The notes under the pieces are model-generated. The model did not search any database, was not told the origin of the DNA, and worked only from the letters and a program-made list of their open reading frames with translations. From a bacterium (lineage in GTDB: Bacteria; UBA8248), in contig OZ241875.1 in assembly GCA_965203325.1 (NCBI GenBank), positions 3,520,001 to 3,584,000 of the forward strand: 64,000 nt of DNA, given 5' to 3'. How positions within the stretch are numbered: position 1 is the stretch's first letter; each line of letters starts with the position of its first letter. Shown here in pieces: positions 1 through 10,653 of this stretch. Made by a program: the position numbers and the translations under genes.

Positions 1-2
1 AT

Positions 3-1679
3 GAGTACCGGAAACACATCGAGAAGGACGCGGCGCTCGAGCGGCGCTTTCAGCCGGTAGTGGTGGATGAGCCGAACATGGAGGACGCCGTCTCCATCCT
101 GCGGGGTCTCAAGGAGCGATACGAGATTCACCACGGCGTCCGCATTCTGGACAACGCACTCGTCGCCGCCGTCGGGCTCTCGCATCGCTACATCAGCGAC
201 CGCCATCTGCCGGACAAGGCCATCGACCTGATAGACGAGGCCGCGAGCGGCCTGCGGCTCGAACTGGACAGCCTGCCCAAGGACATCGACCGGCAGGAGC
301 GCGAGCTTCTCAGGCTCCGCATCGAGGAGCGCGCCCTGGAGAGCGAAGAAGATGAGGGCAGCCGGGAGCGTCTTTCGCAGATACGCGAACAGATATCCAC
401 TCTCGATGAGCAGAGCAGCGCCCAAAGAAGCAAATGGGCGGAAGAGAAAGAGGAGATATCGCGGGTGCGCGAACTCAAGGAGCGCGTCGAGGCGATGAAG
501 GCCGAAGCCCAGCGCGCCGAGCGCGAGGGGGATCTGGGCCGGGCGGCGGAGCTTCGGTACGGCGGGATCATCGCGGCCGAGAAGGAAATGGCCCAGGCGG
601 AGGAAGACCTCGAAAAAAGGACCAACGGCCGCATGCTGAAAGAAGAGATCACCGAGGACGACGTGGCCGCCGTCGTGAGCCGCTGGACGGGGGTCAACGT
701 GAGCAGGCTCCTGGAGACCGAGCGGGAGAAGCTCCTGCGCATGGAGGAGAACATCCACAGGCGCGTCGTGGGCCAGGACCGGGCGGTGGAGGCTCTCTCC
801 GAAGCCGTGCGCCGCGCCCGCGCGGGCATCATGGATGAGAACCGGCCCATCGGCTCGTTCATCTTCCTGGGTCCCACCGGCGTGGGCAAGACCGAACTCG
901 CCCGCGCGCTCGCGGAGTTTCTGTTCGACGACGAGGCGGCGATGGTTCGCGTGGACATGAGCGAATACATGGAAAAACACGCCGCCGCCAGGCTCATCGG
1001 CGCGCCGCCCGGATACGTCGGCTACGAGGAGGGGGGGCAGCTCACCGAAGCCGTCCGCAGGAAGCCCTACTCGGTCGTGCTTCTGGACGAGATTGAAAAG
1101 GCGCACCCCGAGACCTTCAACCTGCTCCTGCAACTGCTCGATGACGGGAGGCTCACGGACGGGCACGGCCGCACGGTCGATTTCCGAAACGCCGTCATCA
1201 TCATGACGAGCAACGTAGGCACCGATGAGCTTTCGCGGAACGAGATCGGCTTCGTCGGAGGCGGTATACAGGAAATTGACAAGTCCAACGGATTGCTCGC
1301 GTCGCTTGGCAGGGTGTTCCGCCCCGAGTTCCTGAACCGCGTCGATGAGGTCATCGTCTTCCGCGCGCTCACGAAAGAACAAATCGCAGATATCGTGGAG
1401 CTCCAGTTGCGGGATTTGGAAAAACGCCTGGAAGCGCAGAAGATCAAGCTGCGCTTGACGGACGCCGCCAGGAGCTTCCTCGCCGAGCGCGGCTACGACC
1501 CGGTCTACGGGGCGCGGCCGCTCAAGCGGGCGATCCAGACTTATCTGATGAACCCGCTCAGCAAGAAGCTCCTCGCCGGGGAATTCGAAACCGGAGAAAC
1601 CGTGGAGGCGGACCACCCGGAGGGGGCGGATGCGCTCGCCTTCGCCGTCCTCATGGAGGCGGAAGCGGTGAAGACTTGA
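3..1679 (+). CDS. clpB: ATP-dependent chaperone ClpB (5'-truncated by window edge)
   Basis: Frame open from base 3 (EYRKHIEKDAALERRFQP); LPDKAIDLIDEA, coiled-coil middle domain, second Walker A GPTGVGKTE, GAPPGYVGYEEGG, GARPLKR. Confidence 0.97.
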   Translation, partial: EYRKHIEKDAALERRFQPVVVDEPNMEDAVSILRGLKERYEIHHGVRILDNALVAAVGLSHRYISDRHLPDKAIDLIDEAASGLRLELDSLPKDIDRQERELLRLRIEERALESEEDEGSRERLSQIREQISTLDEQSSAQRSKWAEEKEEISRVRELKERVEAMKAEAQRAEREGDLGRAAELRYGGIIAAEKEMAQAEEDLEKRTNGRMLKEEITEDDVAAVVSRWTGVNVSRLLETEREKLLRMEENIHRRVVGQDRAVEALSEAVRRARAGIMDENRPIGSFIFLGPTGVGKTELARALAEFLFDDEAAMVRVDMSEYMEKHAAARLIGAPPGYVGYEEGGQLTEAVRRKPYSVVLLDEIEKAHPETFNLLLQLLDDGRLTDGHGRTVDFRNAVIIMTSNVGTDELSRNEIGFVGGGIQEIDKSNGLLASLGRVFRPEFLNRVDEVIVFRALTKEQIADIVELQLRDLEKRLEAQKIKLRLTDAARSFLAERGYDPVYGARPLKRAIQTYLMNPLSKKLLAGEFETGETVEADHPEGADALAFAVLMEAEAVKT

Positions 1680-1733
1680 ACCCCTTTGGATGCAGGTGGG
1701 TTTTGATTCGGGGTTCGTCGAACAAATACAAAA

Positions 1734-1878
1734 GGGGTTGTTGAAAAAGACCTGATGAACAAGGGTTTTACGTGACCGTGGAGGGGCGGTTTTTGTAGGG
1801 GCCGCATATATGCGGCCCATGGTAGGCAGGCGTAAAAGGCCGGGTCGCATATATGTCGGACATATATGTCCGACCTAC
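1734..1878. repeat. Single IS-type terminal repeat plus GTAG-REP doublet between clpB and dnaK
   Basis: GGGGTTGTTGAAAAA at 1734-1748; GTAG+GGGCCGCATATATGCGGCCC (1795-1818); second palindrome ending CTAC at 1878; 1734-1818 closely matches the reverse complement of about 14564-14647. Confidence 0.85.
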
Positions 1879-1923
1879 AATCGATAAAACTTTAATTTTG
1901 TATCCCGATAAGGAGAAAGTTTG

Positions 1924-3840
1924 ATGTCGAAGGTAATCGGAATCGATTTGGGCACCACCAACTCGGTCGTCTCCGTCATGGAGGGTGGGCAGCCTACGGT
2001 CATCGCCAACCAGGAGGGCAACCGCACGACGCCCAGCGTCGTGGCGTTCACCGACGACGGGGAGAAGCTCGTCGGCCTCGTGGCCAAGCGCCAGGCGGTG
2101 ACCAACCCGACCAAGACCATCTATTCCGCAAAACGCTTCATGGGCAGGCGTTTCGCCGAGGTGCCCGAAGAGGTCACCATCGTGCCCTATGAGGTCGTGA
2201 AGTCGGACAGCGGCGACGCGCGCATCCGGATCGACGGCAAGGAACACGCTCCGCCCGAGATTTCGGCGAGCGTGCTGCAAAAGCTCAAGCAGGCCGCGGA
2301 GGACTACCTGGGCGAGCAGGTGACCGAGGCGGTCGTCACGGTGCCCGCGTATTTCAACGACAGCCAGCGCCAGGCGACGAAGGACGCCGGGAAAATCGCC
2401 GGTCTCAACGTCCAGCGCATCATCAACGAACCCACGGCCGCCGCCCTCGCCTACGGACTCGACAAGAAGGCGGATCAGACCATCGCCGTGTACGACTTCG
2501 GCGGGGGCACGTTCGACATCTCCATCCTCGAGGTGGGGGACAACGTGGTCGAGGTGAAGGCCACGAACGGCGATACGCACCTGGGCGGCGACAACATCGA
2601 CCACCGGATCATCGAGTGGATGGCCGAGGAGTTCAAGAAAGACCAGGGAATCGACATCTCCGGCGACCCGATGGCGCTCCAGCGCCTGCGCGAGGAGTCC
2701 GAGAAGGCGAAGATCGAGCTTTCGAGTTCGATGGAGACGACCATCAACCTGCCGTTCATCACGGCGGACGCCTCGGGTCCCAAGCACCTGAACCTGAAGC
2801 TCACGCGCGCGAAACTCGAACAGCTGACCGGCGATCTGGTGGAGAAGACGCTGGGTCCCTGCCGGCGCGCGCTCGATGACGCCAAGGTCCAGCCCGGCGA
2901 CATCGACGAGGTCGTGCTGGTGGGCGGTTCGACACGGATGCCGCTCGTGCAGGAGACGGTGGAGAAATTCTTCGGAAAAGAGCCCCACAAGGGCGTGAAT
3001 CCCGACGAGGTCGTGGCGGTCGGCGCGGGCGTGCAGGGCGGCGTGCTCGCCGGAGACGTGAAGGACGTCCTGTTGCTGGACGTCACCCCGCTCTCGCTGG
3101 GTATCGAGACGCTGGGCGGCGTGTCCACCAGGCTCATCGAGCGCAACACGACGATACCCGTCAAGAAGAGCGAGACCTTCTCGACCGCGGCGGACAACCA
3201 GCCCTCCGTCGAGGTGCACGTCTTACAGGGCGAGCGCGAGATGGCCTCGGGCAACCGCTCGCTGGGCAAGTTCCATCTCGTCGGCATTCCCGCCGCGCCC
3301 CGGGGCGTTCCCCAGATCGAGGTGACGTTCGACATCGACGCCAACGGCATCGTGAACGTCTCCGCCAAGGACCTCGGCACCGGCAAGGAGCAGGCGATCA
3401 CCATCACGAGTTCGAGCGGCCTCTCCGAGGATGAGATCAACAACATGGTGGCCGATGCGGACGAGCACGCCGAGGAGGACAAGAAACGGCGCGAGGCCGT
3501 CGAGGCGAGAAACATGGCCGACAGCATGGCGTACAGCACGGAGAAGATGCTCAAGGAGAACGAGGAGAAGGTGTCGGCCGAAGACAAGAAGGAAATTGAG
3601 GACGCCATCGCCGCGCTCCGGGCGGTTCTCGCGAAAGAGGACGCGACGGTGGAGGAGATCAAGGAAGCGCAGGAAAAACTCGAGGCGGCCTCGCACAAGC
3701 TCGCGCAGGCGATGTACGAACAGGCGAGTCAGGCTGGCGACGGCCCCGAGACGCCTGAGTCCGGCGGCGGTGAGAACGGCGCGCCGGCGGGCGACGTGGT
3801 GGATGCGGAGTTCGAGGAGGTGGACAAGGACAAGTCCTAG
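1924..3840 (+). CDS. dnaK: Chaperone DnaK (Hsp70)
   Basis: [42 protein letters not shown] upstream. Confidence 0.99.
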   Translation: MSKVIGIDLGTTNSVVSVMEGGQPTVIANQEGNRTTPSVVAFTDDGEKLVGLVAKRQAVTNPTKTIYSAKRFMGRRFAEVPEEVTIVPYEVVKSDSGDARIRIDGKEHAPPEISASVLQKLKQAAEDYLGEQVTEAVVTVPAYFNDSQRQATKDAGKIAGLNVQRIINEPTAAALAYGLDKKADQTIAVYDFGGGTFDISILEVGDNVVEVKATNGDTHLGGDNIDHRIIEWMAEEFKKDQGIDISGDPMALQRLREESEKAKIELSSSMETTINLPFITADASGPKHLNLKLTRAKLEQLTGDLVEKTLGPCRRALDDAKVQPGDIDEVVLVGGSTRMPLVQETVEKFFGKEPHKGVNPDEVVAVGAGVQGGVLAGDVKDVLLLDVTPLSLGIETLGGVSTRLIERNTTIPVKKSETFSTAADNQPSVEVHVLQGEREMASGNRSLGKFHLVGIPAAPRGVPQIEVTFDIDANGIVNVSAKDLGTGKEQAITITSSSGLSEDEINNMVADADEHAEEDKKRREAVEARNMADSMAYSTEKMLKENEEKVSAEDKKEIEDAIAALRAVLAKEDATVEEIKEAQEKLEAASHKLAQAMYEQASQAGDGPETPESGGGENGAPAGDVVDAEFEEVDKDKS

Positions 3841-3864
3841 CAGTCCTGCCCGGATGAGGACGGT

Positions 3865-4818
3865 ATGCCTAAGCGTGATTATTACGAGGTGCTGGGGATT
3901 GACCGGAGCGCCTCGGAAGCGGAACTGAAGCGCGCCTTCAAGAAGCTGGCGCGGACGTATCACCCCGACGTGAACCCGGGGGATGCGAAGGCCGAGGAGC
4001 GCTTCAAGGAGATCAGCGAGGCCTACGCCGTCATCTCGGACCCCGAGAAGCGCAGAAAATACGACGCCATGGGACACGCCGCCTTCGGCGGGGGCAGCCC
4101 CTGGGGCGAGGGCGCTCCGCCCGGCATGGAGGACATTCTGCGCGAGTTCGGCCTGGGCGATATTTTCGGCGGGATTTTCGGCGGCGCGCGCGGCGGTGCG
4201 GCACGCGGCGGCTTCCACGCGCAGTCCCAGGCCCCCCGGAAGGGCCAGGACGTGAACTACTCGATGGAGATCGGTTTCGACGATTCCCTGAAGGGGCTCA
4301 ACACCACCATCACCGTGCCCAAGACCACGAACGAGAACGGGAAGATCCAGCACACCACCGAGCGCATTCAGGTGAAGATACCGCCCGGCGTCTCGAACGG
4401 CTCGCGCATCCGCCTGGCGGGCAAGGGGGAAACCTCGCTGAACGGGGGACCGCAGGGGGACCTCTTCATCGTCACAAAGGTGCGCGAACATCCCTTCTTC
4501 GAGCGCAAGGGGGATAATCTGTATCTTGAACTTCCCGTCAGCCTCGGCGAGGCGCTGCTGGGCGCGCGCGTGGAGATCAACACCTTCGAGGGGGCGATGA
4601 AGATGACGATTCCCCCCTCGACCCAGAACGGCCAGGTTTTCAGGCTTTCGGGTAAGGGGGCTCCGAAACTCAAGGGCTCGGGCAAGGGGGATTTGATCGT
4701 CAGGGTCCGGGTCTTGTTGCCCGATCAGATGGATGAGGAGAGCAGGGAGATCGTCCGCGAACTCGAACGGCGCAACCCCACGTCGCCGCGTGCGAACATG
4801 ACGGGCGTGAGCATGTAG
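3865..4818 (+). CDS. Class B J-domain protein (CbpA/DnaJ2-like, no zinc finger)
   Basis: J domain with HPD, G/F region, C-terminal DnaJ domain, no CxxCxGxG repeats. Confidence 0.93.
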   Translation: MPKRDYYEVLGIDRSASEAELKRAFKKLARTYHPDVNPGDAKAEERFKEISEAYAVISDPEKRRKYDAMGHAAFGGGSPWGEGAPPGMEDILREFGLGDIFGGIFGGARGGAARGGFHAQSQAPRKGQDVNYSMEIGFDDSLKGLNTTITVPKTTNENGKIQHTTERIQVKIPPGVSNGSRIRLAGKGETSLNGGPQGDLFIVTKVREHPFFERKGDNLYLELPVSLGEALLGARVEINTFEGAMKMTIPPSTQNGQVFRLSGKGAPKLKGSGKGDLIVRVRVLLPDQMDEESREIVRELERRNPTSPRANMTGVSM

Positions 4819-4873
4819 TCATGGGCGGATGCGGGCGTGAGCAGATATATGACGAGAGGCTCAGGAGAGGATA

Positions 4874-5281
4874 ATGGCGCGTAGAGGCGTGAGAGACGGG
4901 CGCTACACCATCAGCGCGGTGGCCGAGATGTTCGAGATACACCAGCAGACGCTCAGGATGTATGAGCGCCAGGGTCTCATCGAACCGGGCCGCAGCGAGG
5001 GCGGGACGCGCTATTACTCCGAGGAAGATATCGATCAACTAGAAGTCATCATGGCGCTCACGCGGGATATGGGCGTGAATCTGGCGGGCGTGCAGGTCAT
5101 CATCGAGCTTCGCGATAAGCTGATGAGCGCGCTCGAACGTCTCGGCGAGCTCGAGGAACTGATCGAGAGCCGTGCGTTCGAGGAATTCCGCGAGCAGATG
5201 AACAACGCGACGCCAGAGATGCAGGCCATGATACCTTCGGTCGCCGCCAAACTCGTGCGTGTCAGGAGGAGGCGGTTGTGA
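4874..5281 (+). CDS. hspR: MerR-family heat-shock repressor, HspR-like
   Basis: [28 protein letters not shown]...GVNLAGV; directly after a J-protein in a dnaK operon. Confidence 0.85.
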   Translation: MARRGVRDGRYTISAVAEMFEIHQQTLRMYERQGLIEPGRSEGGTRYYSEEDIDQLEVIMALTRDMGVNLAGVQVIIELRDKLMSALERLGELEELIESRAFEEFREQMNNATPEMQAMIPSVAAKLVRVRRRRL

Positions 5282-6138
5282 GCACGAATTCTATAAAATC
5301 CTTTTTGCTGCTCGGTCTGTTGACGGGGCTGATCCTGCTCATCGGGAATCTGCTCGGCGGCACGACCGGGCTGGTGATCGCCCTGGTGCTCGCGGTGGGC
5401 ATCAACGGCTACAGCTACTGGTATTCGGACAAGATCGTTCTCGCCAGCACGGGCGCGAACGAGGTGCTTCCGGAACATGCGCCCGAGCTCTACGGCATGG
5501 TGGCGGACCTGGCGCGCCGCGCGAACCTCCCCATGCCGCGCGTCTACGTCATTCCCGAGGATGCGCCGAACGCCTTCGCCACGGGCAGAAACCCCGAAAA
5601 CGCCGCCGTCGCCTTCACCGAGGGAATTTTGCACGATCTGAATCGTGAGGAACTCGAAGGCGTGGCCGCGCACGAACTCGCCCACATCAAGAACCGCGAC
5701 ATTCTGCTGAGCACCATCGCCGCCTCCCTGGCGGGCGCCATCATGTATCTCGCGCAGATGGCGCAGTTCGCCGCGTTCTTCGGCGCCTACGGCAGGGACG
5801 ACGACGAGGAGGGCGGCGGGGGCGGCCTGCTGGGCATCATCGTCGCCGCCATCGTGGCGCCCATTGCGGCGACGCTGCTCCAGATGGCGGTGAGCCGCTC
5901 GCGCGAGTACCTTGCCGACGCCACGGGCGCGCAAATCGCGGGCACGCCGGTGGGTCTTGCGAACGCCCTGCATCGACTGGACGAGGCCGCCCACCGCGAG
6001 GAACTCCACTGCGCGAGCGAGGCGACCGCCCACATGTATATCGTCAACCCGCTCGCGGGAGGCGGTCTGGCGAACCTTTTCAGCACGCACCCGCCGATGG
6101 AGGAGCGGATTCGGCGGCTGATGGAAATGAGATACTAG
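5278..6138 (+). CDS. htpX: Zinc metalloprotease HtpX (M48)
   Basis: [30 protein letters not shown]; start overlaps hspR stop (GTGA). Confidence 0.96.
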   Translation: MSTNSIKSFLLLGLLTGLILLIGNLLGGTTGLVIALVLAVGINGYSYWYSDKIVLASTGANEVLPEHAPELYGMVADLARRANLPMPRVYVIPEDAPNAFATGRNPENAAVAFTEGILHDLNREELEGVAAHELAHIKNRDILLSTIAASLAGAIMYLAQMAQFAAFFGAYGRDDDEEGGGGGLLGIIVAAIVAPIAATLLQMAVSRSREYLADATGAQIAGTPVGLANALHRLDEAAHREELHCASEATAHMYIVNPLAGGGLANLFSTHPPMEERIRRLMEMRY

Positions 6139-6159
6139 GATCCGGGAGGAAGTCGTTTC

Positions 6160-6867
6160 ATGAAAGCGAAGGATGTAAAGGTCGAGACGGATAACGGCGA
6201 TGGCGCGAAGGCCGAAGCCGAAGCCGCGGAGCCGGTGGACGCGGAGGAAGAAGCCAAGGAGAAGCCGCGCGTCGTGGACAGGCGGCGCGTCCGCGAAGAC
6301 GGCGAGGTGAGTGAGGAGAGCGAAGCGGAGGCCGAGGAAACCCCGCGCGTGCCCGCCTACGTGGAGCAACTCCAGGCGAAGGTTGCCGCCGCCGAGGAGA
6401 AGTTCAAGGAATATGTCGAGAAAATCGACAAGGATACGGCCGATTTCCGGGCGCGCCAGGAACGCGAGATGGAGCGAAGGGCCCAGGAAGTGAAAAAACA
6501 GGCGGTCTCCGGTTTCCTGGGCATCGCCGACGATCTGGCGCGCGCCACGGCGGCCGTCGATAGCGAAACCTCTCAGGGGGAAAAAGGCAGCGCGCTGGAT
6601 ACCCTCGTGCAGGGGGTCCGGATGATTCAGGGCCGGTTCTTTCAGGAACTCTCGAACCTCGGGGTGGAGCCTCTCCCGGCGATGGGCGCCGCTTTCAATC
6701 CCCAGGAACACGAGGCGGTGCGCATGGTCGAGGTGGACGATGAGGCGCAGGACGGCCTTGTGGTCGAGGAGTTGGCTTGCGGCTACAGGCTGGGCGATGC
6801 GGTATTGAGGCCCGCGCGCGTCTCGGTGGGCAAGTATGCCGGCCCTCAGCCGGACGCGCGCCCTTGA
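6160..6867 (+). CDS. grpE: Nucleotide exchange factor GrpE
   Basis: Acidic N-terminus, coiled coil, FNPQEHEAV, GYRLGDAVLRPARVSV. Confidence 0.95.
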   Translation: MKAKDVKVETDNGDGAKAEAEAAEPVDAEEEAKEKPRVVDRRRVREDGEVSEESEAEAEETPRVPAYVEQLQAKVAAAEEKFKEYVEKIDKDTADFRARQEREMERRAQEVKKQAVSGFLGIADDLARATAAVDSETSQGEKGSALDTLVQGVRMIQGRFFQELSNLGVEPLPAMGAAFNPQEHEAVRMVEVDDEAQDGLVVEELACGYRLGDAVLRPARVSVGKYAGPQPDARP

Positions 6868-6926
6868 ACCGGATGCGCGCGCATAGTATGTTCGCGTGTT
6901 TTCGATTTTAGGTACGAAGGGAAAAC

Positions 6927-8075
6927 ATGAGCAAGCGTGACTACTACGAAGTGCTGGGTGTAGACCGCAACGCGAGCGACGCCGAGATCAAAAAGGCGTA
7001 TCGCACGCTGGCGATGCAGCATCATCCCGATCGCAACTCCGGCGATGCGAAGGCGGAGGAATTGTTCAAGGAAGCCTCCGAGGCCTACCAGGTGTTGAGC
7101 GAGCCCGAGAAGCGGAGCGCGTATGATCGTTTCGGCCATGACGGGCTTCGGGGAATGGGGCATCAGGGTTTTTCGAGTTTCGACGATATCTTCTCCTCGT
7201 TCGGGGATATTTTCGGCGATCTGTTCGGCGGCGCATTCGCAGGTGGACGCTCCCGCCGCGACGGGCCGCGCCAGGGCCGGGACCTCGCCTATGAACTGGA
7301 GATGACGTTCGAGGAGGCGGCTTCGGGCATCGAGCGTGAAATCGAATTCGAGCGGCCCGTGGAATGCGTCTATTGCGGCGGAAGCGGGGCGAAGTCGCCC
7401 GATGCGATTCGCGAGTGTCCATCGTGCGGCGGCAGCGGGCAGATGTCCTACCGCCAGGGTTTCATGACCTTTTCCACCACCTGTTCGGACTGCGGCGGCA
7501 CGGGAAGGCGAATCACCGAGCACTGCGCGGAATGCGGCGGTACCGGACGCCGCCTGGAGCAGCGGAAGATGAAGGTGAAGATTCCCCCCGGCGTGGACGA
7601 GGGCGCCAGGCTGCGCCTTCGCGAAGAGGGGGAAGGGGGCGCCAAGGGCGGGCCGGCGGGCGATTTGTTCGTCGTCGTCTCCATGCTCGCGCACGAGGAA
7701 TTCGAGCGCAACGGGTCGGACGTGGCGAGCCAGGTATTCGTTTCGTTCTCCCAGGCCGCGCTCGGCGATACGGTGAAGGTGAGGACGCTCTACGGGGAAT
7801 CCGAACTCGAGATACCCAAGGGGGTGCAGTCCTCGGACGTGTTGAGGCTCAAGGGCGAGGGATTCCAGCGCCTGGGGAGGAGAGGGCGCGGCGATCACAT
7901 GTTTCTGGTTCACGTCCGGACGCCGACGAGATTGACGTCGGACGAGGAGAGGCTGTTTGGCGAATTGTCGGAGATCGAACGTGAAAAGGCGGAGAAAAAC
8001 GGGACGGGAGGCGTCGCGGGAAACGGCGCCGGAAAAAAGGGTATTCTCGATAAGTTGAGTTCTCTTTGGGGATAA
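6927..8075 (+). CDS. dnaJ: Class A chaperone DnaJ
   Basis: J domain with HPD; four CxxCxGxG zinc-finger repeats. Confidence 0.97.
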   Translation: MSKRDYYEVLGVDRNASDAEIKKAYRTLAMQHHPDRNSGDAKAEELFKEASEAYQVLSEPEKRSAYDRFGHDGLRGMGHQGFSSFDDIFSSFGDIFGDLFGGAFAGGRSRRDGPRQGRDLAYELEMTFEEAASGIEREIEFERPVECVYCGGSGAKSPDAIRECPSCGGSGQMSYRQGFMTFSTTCSDCGGTGRRITEHCAECGGTGRRLEQRKMKVKIPPGVDEGARLRLREEGEGGAKGGPAGDLFVVVSMLAHEEFERNGSDVASQVFVSFSQAALGDTVKVRTLYGESELEIPKGVQSSDVLRLKGEGFQRLGRRGRGDHMFLVHVRTPTRLTSDEERLFGELSEIEREKAEKNGTGGVAGNGAGKKGILDKLSSLWG

Positions 8076-8144
8076 GCGCGCATTCAGGCAAATGAGAAGA
8101 GACGGCGTCCGATAGCCCCGGGGTCGGACGCCGGAGGGCAAGCG

Positions 8145-8678
8145 ATGGAAGAGGAAAACGTAGAAGATAAAGGGTTCAAGATTTCCGACCGGAGATTCTC
8201 CGTAAGGGGATATGAGGATGAAGAATCGCCTGCTTCCGGAGGTGAAGGGCAGTTGCTCTCCCCGGATGCGGCGTATGAAGAGATGAGTCCGCCAACCGGC
8301 GCGTTCGCGCCAGGTCCCGAGGCGATGGAGCCGGAACCGGCTCCACCCCCGGAGGTTCCGCAACCCCAAGCCGAGGAAAGGGAGCAGCCTCCGGCCGAGG
8401 ACGCGGATGCGGATGAGGAGGAAGAAGAGGAAGACAAGAGTTTCGAGATGCTCATCGCCATCGTGCAGCAAAACGCTCTGGCGGCGATGGGCATTCACCC
8501 GCAAACCGGAGAGCGCCTCGGGGCGGCGGACCCGCGAAGTTCCAAAATTTTCGTCGACTTGTTCGCCGCCCTCAAGGAGAAGACGGAAGGCAACCTTACT
8601 CAGGAGGAGGAACATCTTCTGAATCAGGTTCACTCCGATCTGCAAATGATATATGTTCGGGAGGTTGGGTTCGGATAG
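8145..8678 (+). CDS. DUF1844-like protein with acidic/Pro-rich linker
   Basis: FKISDRR N-terminus; C-terminal LKEKTEGNLTQEEEHLL...LQMIYV. Confidence 0.8.
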   Translation: MEEENVEDKGFKISDRRFSVRGYEDEESPASGGEGQLLSPDAAYEEMSPPTGAFAPGPEAMEPEPAPPPEVPQPQAEEREQPPAEDADADEEEEEEDKSFEMLIAIVQQNALAAMGIHPQTGERLGAADPRSSKIFVDLFAALKEKTEGNLTQEEEHLLNQVHSDLQMIYVREVGFG

Positions 8679-8758
8679 GCCCGAAGGATCGGCGAGGCGC
8701 CGATTCGATGCGCGTCATCCCCAACAGTCCTTTTTGTTTACCTCATGCGGGAGATTAC

Positions 8759-9034
8759 ATGACCGTGTCCACGTCTTATGACGAGATGTTCGAAGAAGCG
8801 CTCGGTGTCGTCAAGAATCGTTTCCTCCTTTCGGTACTGCTCGCCAAGCGGGTGGCCCAGCTCAGGCGGGGTGCGGAGCCTCTGGTTCCCTCGCAGTCCA
8901 ACGAGACGCCCGAGGAGATCGTGTTCCGCGAGATTATCGAGGAAAAACTGGAGTGGCGAAAGACCGCGTCGGCCCTGGATTTGACCGATGTTGACCAGGG
9001 ATTCATGGATGTCGGGTTCGACGACGAGGCGTAG
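8759..9034 (+). CDS. rpoZ: RNA polymerase omega subunit
   Basis: NRFLLSVLLAKRVAQLRRGAEPLV...VFREI; GGAG upstream of ATG 8759. Confidence 0.88.
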   Translation: MTVSTSYDEMFEEALGVVKNRFLLSVLLAKRVAQLRRGAEPLVPSQSNETPEEIVFREIIEEKLEWRKTASALDLTDVDQGFMDVGFDDEA

Positions 9035-9057
9035 CCTCGCCTGAAAGCGCACGCTGG

Positions 9058-9091
9058 CCGCTGCCCGGTCCGCCGGGCGGCGGTTTTTGTT
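9058..9091 (+). terminator. Rho-independent terminator after rpoZ
   Basis: CCGCTGCCCGG-TCCG-CCGGGCGGCGG stem-loop followed by TTTTTGTT. Confidence 0.75.
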
Positions 9092-9194
9092 GGGAATCAA
9101 ATCTTTCGGTTGACGACTCCTTTTCGCCCGTCAGTTCGTCCCTCTTTCTTCAAAACCGATTCTTCCTGCCCGGGTTTTCCCGCTCTCGCCTTGA

Positions 9195-9468
9195 GGGGTT
9201 GTTGAAGAAGCTCTCACATCTCTCTCATCCTGAAAACCAACCCCCCCTACCCCCCCTTAACAGGGGGGTAAAAAAAGAAAGCCCCCTTGTCAGGGGGTAT
9301 GAAATGGCGATGCCCGCCACCGATAGAGGGGGGTTTTGATTTTTCTTGCCCCCCTGTCAAGGGGGGGTAGGGGGGGTTGCCTTTATCCTCTGACATGGGG
9401 GGTTGGGGGTCGAACGCGACCGGAGAGAGAGTGTTCGCTCCCTTGACAAAGGCTTTCTCAACAACCCC
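9195..9468. mobile_element. MITE-like element with IS1182-type ends and internal C/G-tract inverted repeats
   Basis: GGGGTTGTTGAAGAA (9195-9209) and TTTCTCAACAACCCC (9454-9468); internal 30-bp inverted repeat 9239-9268 / 9349-9378 with one mismatch; extra CCCCCTTGTCAGGGGG hairpin near 9282. Confidence 0.8.
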
Positions 9469-9489
9469 CTCAAGGGGAAGTGAATTACA

Positions 9490-10653
9490 TCATTCCCTTT
9501 CTTGCCGCTCCCTCAGGAACGCCCCCACTCTTTCGAGGCCGGCCTCGATGTTTTCGACCGAGTTGCAGTAGGAAAACCGCAGGAACCCCTCTCCACCCGG
9601 CCCGAAATCTGCTCCCGGCGCCACGGCCACGCCGGTGGCTTCGAGAATTTCTTTTGCCAGTTCCAGGCTGTCCGCCCCGTACGCGCGCGCATCGGCGAAG
9701 GCGTAGAACGCGCCCGTCGGCTCGTGAAGCATTTTGAGGCCGATGTCCTCCAGGCGCGCGAGCATGATCTTGCGCCTTTCGTCATAAATCCCGCGCATGC
9801 GCTCCGCCTCGGGCACGCCGTCCTTGAGAGCGGCGACCGCCGCGTGCTGGACGAAGGAATTGGGCGAGACGAAATAGTTTTGCTGCAGTATCTCCAGCGG
9901 GCGGACGTATTCGGGGGGCACGATGAGATAGCCGACCCGCCAGCCCGTCATGGCGAAATACTTCGAGAAACCGTTGATGACGAAACAATCCTCCGTGAAG
10001 TGGAGCGCCGTGTATTCCGCGTCCTCGTAGCTGAGTCCGTGATAAATCTCGTCCGAGACGATGGGAACTCCCAACTCGGCGAGCGCCGCCATATCCCCTC
10101 GCGAGAGCGATGCGCCCGTGGGATTGGAAGGCGAGTTGATGAGGATGGCCCTGGTGTTCTCGGTGATGTGCTCACGGACGGCCTCGGCCTTGAGCGCGAA
10201 GCCGTGCTCCGCATGGGTGGGGACCCGCACGGGCCTCCCGCAGGCGGAGAGGATGAAAGCCGGGTAGCAGGCGTAGTGGGGATCTGAAATGACGATCTCA
10301 TCGCCCGCATCCACGAGAACGGAGAAGAGCATCAGCAGACCCGGGCTCGTGCCGTTCGTCACCACCACGCGCCCGGGCGATACGGATACGCCATATTTGT
10401 GGTTGTAATATTCCGCGATCGCCTCGCGCAGCTCGGGAATTCCCAATGCCGCCGTGTAGTGGGTGTGGCCGGCGCGCAGGGCGTCCTCGGCGGCACGGGT
10501 GATGACCCCGGGCGTATCGAAATCGGGCTCTCCCACTTCCAGGTGGATAACATCGCGGCCCTGGGCCTCCAGTTGATGGGCGCGCTCCATGATGTCCATC
10601 ACCAGGAAGGGCTTGATGCCCGAGATGCGCGCCGGGATGGAAAATTCCTTCAT
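9490..10653 (-). CDS. PLP-dependent class I/II aminotransferase
   Basis: GEPDFDTP, NSPSNPTG, SDEIYH, GFSKYFAMTGWRVG. Confidence 0.95.
   Translation of the reverse strand: MKEFSIPARISGIKPFLVMDIMERAHQLEAQGRDVIHLEVGEPDFDTPGVITRAAEDALRAGHTHYTAALGIPELREAIAEYYNHKYGVSVSPGRVVVTNGTSPGLLMLFSVLVDAGDEIVISDPHYACYPAFILSACGRPVRVPTHAEHGFALKAEAVREHITENTRAILINSPSNPTGASLSRGDMAALAELGVPIVSDEIYHGLSYEDAEYTALHFTEDCFVINGFSKYFAMTGWRVGYLIVPPEYVRPLEILQQNYFVSPNSFVQHAAVAALKDGVPEAERMRGIYDERRKIMLARLEDIGLKMLHEPTGAFYAFADARAYGADSLELAKEILEATGVAVAPGADFGPGGEGFLRFSYCNSVENIEAGLERVGAFLRERQERE

Noticed and set aside
1768..3219. 483-aa ORF antisense to dnaK
   Set aside because: Shadow frame caused by high-GC codon bias opposite a conserved gene
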